From assembly GCF_000341395.1 (NCBI RefSeq), contig NC_020304.1, positions 480,001-512,000 of the forward strand: a stretch of 32,000 nt of DNA, in the 5' to 3' direction. The first letter of the stretch is position 1. Each line of letters opens with the position of its first letter. The notes beneath the pieces are model-generated. The model made no database searches. It had not been told where the DNA came from and saw only the letters and a list, made by a program, of their open reading frames with translations. A program made the translations under genes and the position numbers. Below, piece after piece: positions 1-8,699 of the stretch. The stretch is from Desulfocapsa sulfexigens DSM 10523 (lineage in GTDB: Bacteria > Desulfobacterota > Desulfobulbia > Desulfobulbales > Desulfocapsaceae).

Positions 1-846
1 TTTTTCATCCAGCCGTGCAGCTTCTGATTGCAACCTGCTGATACTGCAATCAACATTATTTTCTTTGGCAGTTTGCAGCCAGTACTCAAAATCATTTCCA
101 AGTAACTCAAAAAAACTGTCCTCTTCATCAAGCCCTTTCAGTTCCTCCAATACAGGTTCGCCAAGAGTTTCCGAAAGAGCCTCTCTGGCATCCACCAGCT
201 TAGCCTCCTGAACAGCAGAGATAGCCTTTGTGGTTTCATAGCGGGCCAGAATATCATACAAAGCCGATTGATCCTCTAATCCTAGTGCATGACCGGTTCT
301 TGCTGTCTCTAACTGGCTCTCCAGAATCTGAAGTTTAGCATTGGCAAATTTCAGCTCATCCTGAGCGGAAACTTGTGCAAAATACCGTTCAACAACCCGT
401 ACAACGAGCTGCTCACGTGCCTTTCTAAGTTCCATGGCAGCGATGTCCATTTCACAACTCCCCCGCCTCGCCCTGTATATTTTTTCCAGGTCAATTAGGG
501 GTTGCTCCAGAATAACAGCAACCTCATCGTCATAAAAATTGAGATGACGATCTTCAAGCTCGGCTATATCTTCAGGAGAGTACTCCAGATTACTGCGCAT
601 AATCTTGCCGGAGACCGCAAGCCTTGGCCCAAGGGCTGCAACCTGCGCCCAACCATCGGCGTTCTTTGCCTCGGCGTCCATTTGCTCTACCTTAAAACGA
701 GCATCGTTCTCCTGTGCAATTCTCAATGCGGTCACGAGATCAAGAGCAAAAGCCGATATCCCCATGACATGCAGGAACAAACAGGCAATAAGGCAAGACA
801 GGATCTTTTTCAATCGGATATTAATGAACGGTTCCTCCCGACTCAT
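1..846 (-). CDS. TolC-family outer membrane channel protein of the type I secretion system (partial; C-terminus beyond window)
   Basis: Own translation of the minus strand from ATG at 846: MSREEPFINIRLKKILSCLIACLFLHVMGISAFALDLVTALRIAQENDARFKVEQMDAEAKNADGWAQVAALGPRLAVSG..., with signal-peptide-like start and LxxAlxxAxxN(D)pxf / YFxvLsAqdE-like coiled-coil pattern typical of TolC. Open to the window edge, so absent from the ORF track. Overlaps the end of the hlyC-like gene. Confidence 0.85.
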   Translation of the reverse strand, partial: MSREEPFINIRLKKILSCLIACLFLHVMGISAFALDLVTALRIAQENDARFKVEQMDAEAKNADGWAQVAALGPRLAVSGKIMRSNLEYSPEDIAELEDRHLNFYDDEVAVILEQPLIDLEKIYRARRGSCEMDIAAMELRKAREQLVVRVVERYFAQVSAQDELKFANAKLQILESQLETARTGHALGLEDQSALYDILARYETTKAISAVQEAKLVDAREALSETLGEPVLEELKGLDEEDSFFELLGNDFEYWLQTAKENNVDCSISRLQSEAARLDEK

Positions 847-1366
847 CTTCACCTGAAGCGGTTTTCCCTTTTAGGGGTTGGAGTTTACGAGCAGTGATTC
901 CACCTGTTTTGGGATCGGGAGCAGCCAATCGTATAACTTTACCTGGAAATTCATTTAGCTGGAGGTCATGCAACATGTTCTCCACCCCACCAAAGGGTGC
1001 CACGATATCGATAATCCATAGGCGATCACCACAATTCCAGTCTTCGGGGCGTAATTTTCCACCGTTTGCAAAAAGCCTGGCTTCTGCCTCTTTATTTAAG
1101 AAGGCCCAACTGATAAAAGAAGTTGGATACTCCTTTTTCATGAAGAGTTTACATTGCCCGGCTATGAGTGGTGGCATAAGCAGCCATTCCAGGTCAGCGA
1201 TAAAATGATAACGTCTGTGAGACGACTGCATATAAAGCAACAACACGGGTCCCATCGCTGGCAAGCGTTTCAGGATTTTCATGGATTGCTTATGAATTTC
1301 TTCTTTAAAAGCTTCGTTATCTACCGCTTCTGCGGTTTTAATCTTATCGTCCTTCTTTTGGCTCAT
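821..1366 (-). CDS. hlyC: RTX-toxin-activating lysine acyltransferase (HlyC/RtxC family)
   Basis: 181 aa; FISWAFLNKEAEARL ... DWNCGDRLWIIDIVAPFGGVENMLHDLQLNEFPGKVIRLAAPDPKTGGI matches the HlyC pattern (ySWAnLs.e.e ... edWtsGDr.WfiDwIAPFG ... FP..lfRaIRvDpkt). Located between TolC- and HlyD-like genes. Confidence 0.9.
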   Translation of the reverse strand: MSQKKDDKIKTAEAVDNEAFKEEIHKQSMKILKRLPAMGPVLLLYMQSSHRRYHFIADLEWLLMPPLIAGQCKLFMKKEYPTSFISWAFLNKEAEARLFANGGKLRPEDWNCGDRLWIIDIVAPFGGVENMLHDLQLNEFPGKVIRLAAPDPKTGGITARKLQPLKGKTASGEDESGGTVH

Positions 1367-1368
1367 CT

Positions 1369-2763
1369 CTATGACTCCCGTAAACTTTGATCTTTATAGC
1401 GTAGCATTGGTCCCAGAAAATAATGGATGACACGTCTTTTTCCTACTTTTATATCGGTGGTAACCGTCATTCCGGGTAAAATTTGTCCCTGTTTCCCATT
1501 AATAACATTGGGTAATTGATAACTGTCCACAGAGATCCGTATGGGATATATCGCCCCCAGTTGTTCATCCATAACAGCATCCCTGCCGACCCATTCAATC
1601 TCACCTTCAAGATCACCATGGCGGGTAAAGGGATAGGCAGCCACCTTAACAGATGCATTTTGACCAATGGAGACAAACCCGATATCCTTGTTAAGCAGTT
1701 TCGCCTCTATCTCAAACCCACTGTCCATGGGGACGATGGTCATCAGTGGTTGAGCAGATGTAACAACTCCACCAACGGTATTAATTGCGAGTTGTTGCAC
1801 AATTCCATCCACCGGTGAGCGCAGTTCCCGGTTAACAAATTTATTTTTGGCCTTGGTGAGATGCTGGACCAATGCCTCCTGTTTCTTTTGGGCTTCTGTC
1901 AGCTCTTTGAGCAGTTCTTTTTTATATTCACTCTCCCACAACTGCTTTTCATCCTTTCTTTGTGAAAAACTGAGTTCAAGCTCTTTCATCCTGTTTTTTT
2001 CAGTGCCAAGTTTTTTTCGCACCTCATTTATTTCCATCTGGGCCTGAAGATATTTGCCACTGGCGAGCATCTCTTTCTCTGCCATTATTTGTTTCTTTTC
2101 GTATAGTTTTTCTGCCAGTGGTAACGATTCTTGCAACCATCCGATGGTTGCCTCCACCGATTTCAGTTCCGCCTCTGCTCTCTCGATACTGTGATCCATG
2201 GCGGCCATCTTTTCTTTCCGTGCCAGAAGGGACTGATGAAGAAGCCGCTGCTGCAATGAAATCTCATCTTCTCCTGCTTCATTCGGTGCAGTAAAAAGAC
2301 CGGCATCCCCAGCAAGTTGTGCTCCCAACCGCGAGACAGCCAGTTGAGTCGTTATCAGCTCTCTTTCGAGGCTTTTCAGGTCTGCTTGGGACTCGGTTGA
2401 ATCCATCCTTACCAGTAACTCACCTTTTTTAACCAACTGGCCATCGCTCACTGCAATCTCTGTCACAATACCGGGTTCCAACGGTTGAACAACCTTTACT
2501 CTCCCCTTAGGAATCACAACGCCTGTGCCAGTGGCAATAATATCAATTTGTGCAACAAAGGCCCAGATAATGACAAATAGAGCGAGGGTAACAAGAAGCA
2601 GAACTATAACCCTTGAAAAGGGTGCAGGAGGCCGCTCCAACACCTCAATGGTTGCCGGCATAAATTCAAAATCACGGCGAATACCATTCTGTTCTTTATA
2701 TTTTTTTATAAAATCAGGCATAACACCCCTCATGGATACTTTGCAGTGTTGCAAATCTGCCAC
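1369..2763 (-). CDS. hlyD: HlyD-family membrane fusion (periplasmic adaptor) protein; real start probably an internal Met near 2733/2721
   Basis: 464 aa; FMPATIEVLERPPAPFSRVIVLLLVTLALFVIIWAFVAQIDIIATGTGVVIPKGRVKVVQPLEPGIVTEIAVSDGQLVKKGELLVRMDST, long coiled coil, C-terminal LRSPVDGIVQQLAI...GGVVTSAQPLMTIVP...EAKLLNKDIGFVSIGQ...VKV. Confidence 0.93.
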   Translation of the reverse strand: MADLQHCKVSMRGVMPDFIKKYKEQNGIRRDFEFMPATIEVLERPPAPFSRVIVLLLVTLALFVIIWAFVAQIDIIATGTGVVIPKGRVKVVQPLEPGIVTEIAVSDGQLVKKGELLVRMDSTESQADLKSLERELITTQLAVSRLGAQLAGDAGLFTAPNEAGEDEISLQQRLLHQSLLARKEKMAAMDHSIERAEAELKSVEATIGWLQESLPLAEKLYEKKQIMAEKEMLASGKYLQAQMEINEVRKKLGTEKNRMKELELSFSQRKDEKQLWESEYKKELLKELTEAQKKQEALVQHLTKAKNKFVNRELRSPVDGIVQQLAINTVGGVVTSAQPLMTIVPMDSGFEIEAKLLNKDIGFVSIGQNASVKVAAYPFTRHGDLEGEIEWVGRDAVMDEQLGAIYPIRISVDSYQLPNVINGKQGQILPGMTVTTDIKVGKRRVIHYFLGPMLRYKDQSLRES

Positions 2764-4858
2764 CGGCCTTCAGCAAGGCCTGCGGAGTATCATTTTCCAC
2801 GATGCGACCATGTTCAAGGCTGATGATTCTATCGGCACGACGAACGGTTGTGAGCCGGTGAGCAATAATAAACACCGTCCGTCCCTCACATATCTTGCGC
2901 ATATTTTTTTGAACATGCATCTCCGACTCATAATCAAGGCCACTGGTTGCCTCGTCCAGGATGAGCATTCCGGGATCCGAAGCAAGGGCGCGGGCGATGG
3001 CAATTCGCTGGCGCTGTCCGGTGGAGAGCCGACACCCTCTCTCCCCCACTAAAGTGTCGTATCCTTCCGGTAGTCCAAGAATTAAGTCATGTACCCCCGC
3101 AAGCGTTGCAGCAGCAATGACTTCTTCCATCTCCAGATTCGGCACATTCAGGGTTATGTTATCTCTGATGGATCGGTTAAACAGTACCCCGTCCTGAATA
3201 ACCACTCCAATCTGTCGCCTTAGCCAGGAGCTGTCAGCCATGGAAATATCAACGCCATCAATAAATATTCGTCCCTTTTCCGGGACATATAAACGTTGGA
3301 GTAATTTCACCAAAGTTGTTTTTCCGGAACCGGTCGTTCCAACAATACCAATGACCTCACCGGCTTTTACTGAAAACGAAACATCCTGCAGAACTTCTGT
3401 TCCTTCCGGGGTGAATCTGAAAGTAACATCCTCAAAGCGTACATCTCCCTTAATTGCCGGCAAACTTACCTTGGAAGGATCAAATCCCGGTTCTGGAGCA
3501 GTGTTAAAAATATCACCGATACGAGCCACTGAAACATTTACCTGCTGCAATTCTTTCCAGATTCGGGAAAGGCGAAGGATTGGAGCAATAACCCTGGACG
3601 AGAGCATATTAAAAGCAATAAACTGACCAACCGTTAAATTCCCATGCAGTACTTCTTTGGCACCAAACCAGAGAAGCAAAACAGAAAGTATCTTACTGAT
3701 TATTCCGGTGGTTTGGCTGATCAAATTGGAAAGATGTCCTCCTGAAAAACCGATCTTCACATGATTTGCCAGACGTTTCTCCCACTCTTCACGAACTTTA
3801 GGTTCAGCAGCATTTGCCTTGATGGTCTCCATACCAGCCAGGGTTTCCACCAGAAACGATTGCTTGTCCGATCCCGCTGTATAGCGATCTTCAAGTTTGT
3901 TACGCAGCAAAGGAGTCAAAAGAAAAGAGGCACCAAAAAGCAAGGGAAGAGCAACCATTACCAGCATGGTCAGAAAAGGGCTGAAGAGATACATGACAAA
4001 AAGGAAAACGATCAGAAAAAACAGATCGAGAAAGAGCATCAGCCCAGAGCCGGTAATAAAGCTGCGTACATTTTCAAGCTCCTTCATCCTGGCAATGGTA
4101 TCGCCCACCTGCCTTGACTCAAAATAGCTTAAGGGGAGACTCATCAGGTGCTTAAATAACTGTACACCAAGCATGAGATCAATGCGGTTGGCAGTATGAG
4201 ACATAAGATAGGTTCGCAGGCCGTTCAATGCGATTTCAAAAAAGGAAACGACAACCAGGGCAAAAACCAGGACATCAAGGGTGGAAAGACTGTTATTGCT
4301 TAACACCTTATCAATAACAATCATAAAGATAAGGGGCGAAAGGAGGCCGAAAATCTGCACAAAAAAAGATGCCAGGAGGCAATCCCGCAGCACACTCCAA
4401 TATTTGCGAGAAGATTGTACAAACCAACCCAGGCCAAACGCTTGCCTGCTTCGTTGTTGTGTCGTTCGTTTTTTCAGCAAAAGGATCTGGCCGCCCAGAT
4501 CCTTTTGAAATTCCTCAATATTGACCCAACTGCCCCTGGCTTCGCCAACCTGCTGTACCAGAACTTTCTCCCCCTGCTCGTCTTTTCCACCCACCAAAAC
4601 AAAATCACCACTTTTGCGCTCTGCAATAATGGGAAACAGCCCAGGATTCACTTTGGAAAGATCCTTGCTTACGGGTTTGGCCTTAAAACCAATCTCCTGA
4701 AAAATTCGAGCCAGCTCTATGAGCTGGAGCTTACCTGTATCTCGGCCAAAGTGATGTTTTATCTGCTCCATGGTAATAGGGTTTCCATGAAGTTTTGCCG
4801 CAATCGCGACACAGAACAACCCACTTTGAAGATTTGCCTTTTTTGTGTTTTTGGTCAT
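2714..4858 (-). CDS. hlyB: HlyB-type T1SS ABC transporter with N-terminal C39-like domain (no catalytic Cys at the expected place) and ATPase domain
   Basis: 714 aa; N-terminal SGLFCVAIAAKLHGNPITMEQIKHHFG aligns with the HlyB CLD (..DYGLYALEILAQYHN...EEIKHRF); Walker A GTTGSGKTTL, signature LSTGQRQRIAIARALA, Walker B MLILDEATSGLD, H-loop IIAHRLTT. Confidence 0.93.
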   Translation of the reverse strand: MTKNTKKANLQSGLFCVAIAAKLHGNPITMEQIKHHFGRDTGKLQLIELARIFQEIGFKAKPVSKDLSKVNPGLFPIIAERKSGDFVLVGGKDEQGEKVLVQQVGEARGSWVNIEEFQKDLGGQILLLKKRTTQQRSRQAFGLGWFVQSSRKYWSVLRDCLLASFFVQIFGLLSPLIFMIVIDKVLSNNSLSTLDVLVFALVVVSFFEIALNGLRTYLMSHTANRIDLMLGVQLFKHLMSLPLSYFESRQVGDTIARMKELENVRSFITGSGLMLFLDLFFLIVFLFVMYLFSPFLTMLVMVALPLLFGASFLLTPLLRNKLEDRYTAGSDKQSFLVETLAGMETIKANAAEPKVREEWEKRLANHVKIGFSGGHLSNLISQTTGIISKILSVLLLWFGAKEVLHGNLTVGQFIAFNMLSSRVIAPILRLSRIWKELQQVNVSVARIGDIFNTAPEPGFDPSKVSLPAIKGDVRFEDVTFRFTPEGTEVLQDVSFSVKAGEVIGIVGTTGSGKTTLVKLLQRLYVPEKGRIFIDGVDISMADSSWLRRQIGVVIQDGVLFNRSIRDNITLNVPNLEMEEVIAAATLAGVHDLILGLPEGYDTLVGERGCRLSTGQRQRIAIARALASDPGMLILDEATSGLDYESEMHVQKNMRKICEGRTVFIIAHRLTTVRRADRIISLEHGRIVENDTPQALLKAGGRFATLQSIHEGCYA

Positions 4859-4872
4859 TTCTATTTCTACAA

Positions 4873-7800
4873 TTATGCCGCGAGAGCCAGGGCGCCATCA
4901 TCGACATCATCGGGTTGGAGAGCATCATCAAACTGGTCAAAAACGATGATATCCTCAGTTGTTGAATTGCCTGCTGAGTCGGTGAAATTTGATCCTGCGG
5001 CTGCATCTGATTGCAGTTGCTGGGCAATTCGATTGATCTCAGCTTCACTTATTTCCTGATCTGCTTCTGTGTGCGGTGTGTTTTCGTCACCAGATGCACT
5101 ATCCTGTGTCTCTGTGCATTCCTTTTCTGGTTCCTCTTGAATAATAGGTTGTGTTTCGCCTGCAGCAAGGGGAATTGCATCACTCTCCTCAGCCGGAAGA
5201 CCTTCTGTAAAGGCGAGCTCTTCACCACGTAAAGCAACATCGCCAACTTCAGCACTGCTTCCATCTTCCAGGTGATACACCGTTGAGCCAAATACTGTGT
5301 TTCCTGCAATTACCTCTTCCTTACCATCGCTTTTGAGCTCAATATCACTTATTCCGGCATCATCAAGGGTTTTAAATTCCCCCTCATCACTGATGCCGTT
5401 GGAATTTTTATCCTGCCATATGCCAAAGTCACTCCACGCCGCATCTTCTTTACTGAAAATTCCATCGTTGTTGCTGTCAAAGGCCTGCAAGCCTTCAAGG
5501 TCAGTGGTGGCACCCGGCAAATATTCCTTGAGCATCAACTCATCTGCTCTGGTCACCGCCCCGTCATGATTGTGGTCGTAGACCAGAAATCCATCGTCTG
5601 CTGCAACCCAGCCGCTGGATTCTGCTATTGTGTCACGGTTCCAATCGAAGGTTACTCCTTCCTCAATACCCAGCAGTTCAACGCCGTCTCCGTCGAGGTC
5701 GAGGATTACCGGGCTGTAAAGGTAACGGAATGTGTAATTTTGGTAACCGGGTTCCGCATCCTCTGTTCCTCCCCACATCTGGATATACATCGTTCCTGAA
5801 GCACCGCGCTGATCAACTCCTGTTAGTGTGAATGAGGCAGGGATGCCATATTGTAGCACTCCATGATAATAAAAAGAGCTATTGGAGTTTTTATAAACGG
5901 TTCCATGGCTCACTTGGGCTGCGGATACGGTAACCGTATCGCCATAATTTCTGTCATATACAGCGATATTGAAATATACGTCGTAGAAGTTTACGTAACT
6001 ATCGTGACTCCAGTCTACAGATTGTATTGAAAGCTCAGGGGCGAAATTATGCTCAACAATCTGGTTCATAATCAAACGGCTGGGGGCCGTGCCACCATGA
6101 CCATCGGAAACCGTATAACTCACCTCCACATGGCGTTCCCCCCCTGACGGCTGTACCCAGAGATATCCTCCCTCGACCTTAACGTTTGCAGAACCTGAAG
6201 AAACGTAAGGACTGACGATGGTGAGGCTGTCACCATCCACATCAAAATCATTCGCTACCAGGCCGGCAATGCTGTATTTGTTCCAGATATGGGTTTCCGC
6301 AGGAGATGCAATATCCTCCTGAGCAACAGGATTGTCGTTAACGGGCTGGACGTAAATTTCTGAAGTCCCGGTGCTGACGGCACCGAAGGAATCGGTTACC
6401 TGATACTGAAAAGTCTCAACTCCGCAAAAATTTGCATGGGGATTGTAATAGATGGCACCCGTTCCCGAATCGTAGGAGAGGATACCATGGGCGGCTCCAA
6501 CAACACCTGTAAAACTGAAGGAATCACTTTCATAGACCGAGTCCATCTCAATGTCGTAATCATTGGCAATCAGCTGGGCGGCGTTGAATTCAAAGGAATT
6601 GTCTTCCACGGCACCTTCAATCCGCTCAGGAACCAGAATGGGAGCATCATTGACAGGATCAAGATCCACAAAGGCAACAGCGCTAACCGGATCACTGATC
6701 CCGTCACTCACCGTATATTCAAAACTTGCCTGCCCCGGATAGTTGTTGTTAAAATTCAGCTCAGGGGTAAACTCTATTTTTCCATCACCGCGCAAAGTCA
6801 CCGTTCCATGGGTAGCATTCCCAACCCCAGTGATAAAAAGGGTATCACCATCCACATCGGTATCGTTGGCAAGCAGGGTCTCCTGATCAAAAACAGCAAT
6901 GATATCCTCCTGGCTGAAAAGGATCTCAGAATAGGCATCCGGGGAGGTATTCAGCTTCACATCAATGGTGGCGGTGGCCTGACTCTCACCACCATTTCCG
7001 TCTGTTATGGTGTAGGTGAGGGTATCTATACCAACCCAGTCGTCACTAGTCGCCTGATAATGGATAAAACCGTTTACATCCTGGCTCACCGTGCCATATT
7101 CAGCGTTGCCAAAACCAGTTATCTGAAGGGTATCGCCATCCACATCTGTGTCATTGGCCAGCAGCACGGCAGAGCTGTAGACATTATCATAACTGTTATT
7201 TGACCAGGCGAGGATATGGTCATCATCCATAGCCTGTGGAATGTCATTTTCACCAAGAACATTAACCACGATCAGCCCCGTTCCGATTCCGGCTTCCGTA
7301 TCGGCCACCGAATACCTGAGAGTGGCTATGCCAAAAAAATCTTCATCCGGTAAAAAGTGGAGGAGACCGTTTTCATCCAGCCAGCCATCTCCACCCGTGG
7401 ATGCGGAAATTCCCATAAAGCGCAGATCCGTTTCATCTTCTATATCGGAAGCACCCGCCATAAGGGTTGCCGAATCAAAGGTGATCTCCCCGTCTTCCGT
7501 CATGGTGGCCGTTGTCGTTGCCATCTTAGGCAGATCATTTACGGGGGCGATATGAATGGTCATGCTGCCGGTTACTTCCATGCCCTGGCCATCACTTACC
7601 GTGTAGCTGAACTGGCCGCTGCCGTAAAAATCCGCATCGGGAGTATAGGTGTAGACCCCCTTATCCTGAGAAAAACTTCCCCCGCTGATGGCTGAGAGCG
7701 AGGTGAAGGTGAATTGATCACCATCCGGGTCATCGATAAAAGAAGCCATCTCCTGCTGAGTAAAGACGATGGCTTGATCTTCATTGATGAAACGCTGGTC

Positions 7801-8688
7801 GTAAAGGATAGTGGGCGCATCGTTGATGCCCAGAACCTGCACCGGCACCATGGTGCTTTCCCGGTTTCCCTCTGCATCTTCCACCGTGTATTCAAATCCT
7901 GCCTGAGAACCGGAATAGTCCGCGTCGGGGGTGAAAACAATATCGCCGTTCTCGGTACTCATCAGGGTTCCGTGAGATGGTGCCCCAAGTCCAATAAAAC
8001 GGAGCTCTCCATCCCTGTCATGGTCATTGGCCATCAGGGCTGAGATGGTGGTGCTGACAGCCACCTCTTCATCGGTTATCAGGGTATCATCACCAAAATC
8101 GGTGGCATCATTTACGGAGAGGATATCAATATGGAGCCGGCCGGAAACCGCGGCGCCATGCGCATCCTCCGCTGTATAGTCAAGGGTGGCATCACCATGG
8201 TAATCGCCGTCCGGCGTGAAGGTATAGATCCCGTTTTCTTCAGTGACCACGCCACCGCTTATATTGGTGATGGCACCGATGGACGGGCTCTCACCGTCTC
8301 TGTCCTGAATAAACTGTTCGATGACGGCGGCATCGAAGACTATCGGTTGGTCTTCATTGGTGCTTATCGAGGTGCTTATGATTTCCGGAGCATCATTGAC
8401 AGCAGCAACATGTACCTGTACGAACGTGATTGACTGGTTACCGTCTGCGTCTGCAACCGTGTAGTCAAACCCTGCATCATTGCCGGAGTAATCCGGCTCC
8501 GGGACAAAGGTGATACTCCCATTTCCATCCTGAGAAACCGTGCCATGCAAACCATTCCCCAAAGCAACAAATTCGAGGGGCCCTTCAACATCAGAATCAT
8601 TGGCCAACAGCTCCGTAACCGTCGTTGTAACAGAAGTGTCCTCATCGGTGGTCAGGATGTCGGCCCCGAACACTGTTGCATCATCCAC
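4873..8688 (-). CDS. C-terminal half of a giant T1SS exoprotein: array of tandem-95/cadherin-like (VCBS-like) repeats followed by a DLDGDG Ca-binding-like domain and acidic tail; true frame extends upstream to ~8783 (see frameshift)
   Basis: 1271 aa; repeated ...ADILTTDEDTSVTTTVTELLANDSDVEG..., ...TFTPDGDYHGDATLDYTAEDAHG... units of ~100 aa; C-terminal VILDLDGDGVELLGIEEGVTFDWNRD...FLVYDHNHDGAVTRADEL...FDSNNDGIFSKEDAAWSDFGIWQDKNSNGISDEGE; short hydrophobic/Ala end ALALAA. No canonical GGxGxDxxx RTX nonapeptides noticed. Confidence 0.88.
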   Translation of the reverse strand: MDDATVFGADILTTDEDTSVTTTVTELLANDSDVEGPLEFVALGNGLHGTVSQDGNGSITFVPEPDYSGNDAGFDYTVADADGNQSITFVQVHVAAVNDAPEIISTSISTNEDQPIVFDAAVIEQFIQDRDGESPSIGAITNISGGVVTEENGIYTFTPDGDYHGDATLDYTAEDAHGAAVSGRLHIDILSVNDATDFGDDTLITDEEVAVSTTISALMANDHDRDGELRFIGLGAPSHGTLMSTENGDIVFTPDADYSGSQAGFEYTVEDAEGNRESTMVPVQVLGINDAPTILYDQRFINEDQAIVFTQQEMASFIDDPDGDQFTFTSLSAISGGSFSQDKGVYTYTPDADFYGSGQFSYTVSDGQGMEVTGSMTIHIAPVNDLPKMATTTATMTEDGEITFDSATLMAGASDIEDETDLRFMGISASTGGDGWLDENGLLHFLPDEDFFGIATLRYSVADTEAGIGTGLIVVNVLGENDIPQAMDDDHILAWSNNSYDNVYSSAVLLANDTDVDGDTLQITGFGNAEYGTVSQDVNGFIHYQATSDDWVGIDTLTYTITDGNGGESQATATIDVKLNTSPDAYSEILFSQEDIIAVFDQETLLANDTDVDGDTLFITGVGNATHGTVTLRGDGKIEFTPELNFNNNYPGQASFEYTVSDGISDPVSAVAFVDLDPVNDAPILVPERIEGAVEDNSFEFNAAQLIANDYDIEMDSVYESDSFSFTGVVGAAHGILSYDSGTGAIYYNPHANFCGVETFQYQVTDSFGAVSTGTSEIYVQPVNDNPVAQEDIASPAETHIWNKYSIAGLVANDFDVDGDSLTIVSPYVSSGSANVKVEGGYLWVQPSGGERHVEVSYTVSDGHGGTAPSRLIMNQIVEHNFAPELSIQSVDWSHDSYVNFYDVYFNIAVYDRNYGDTVTVSAAQVSHGTVYKNSNSSFYYHGVLQYGIPASFTLTGVDQRGASGTMYIQMWGGTEDAEPGYQNYTFRYLYSPVILDLDGDGVELLGIEEGVTFDWNRDTIAESSGWVAADDGFLVYDHNHDGAVTRADELMLKEYLPGATTDLEGLQAFDSNNDGIFSKEDAAWSDFGIWQDKNSNGISDEGEFKTLDDAGISDIELKSDGKEEVIAGNTVFGSTVYHLEDGSSAEVGDVALRGEELAFTEGLPAEESDAIPLAAGETQPIIQEEPEKECTETQDSASGDENTPHTEADQEISEAEINRIAQQLQSDAAAGSNFTDSAGNSTTEDIIVFDQFDDALQPDDVDDGALALAA

Positions 8689-8699
8689 GGATAAAATAT

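Noticed and set aside
502-897. Plus-strand 131-aa ORF
   Set aside because: Lies opposite the TolC-like gene, which continues off the window edge and so is missing from the ORF track.
6436-7203. 255-aa plus-strand ORF inside the giant gene
   Set aside because: Opposite to clearly coding, repeat-structured protein sequence; its 'repeats' mirror the cadherin-like repeats.
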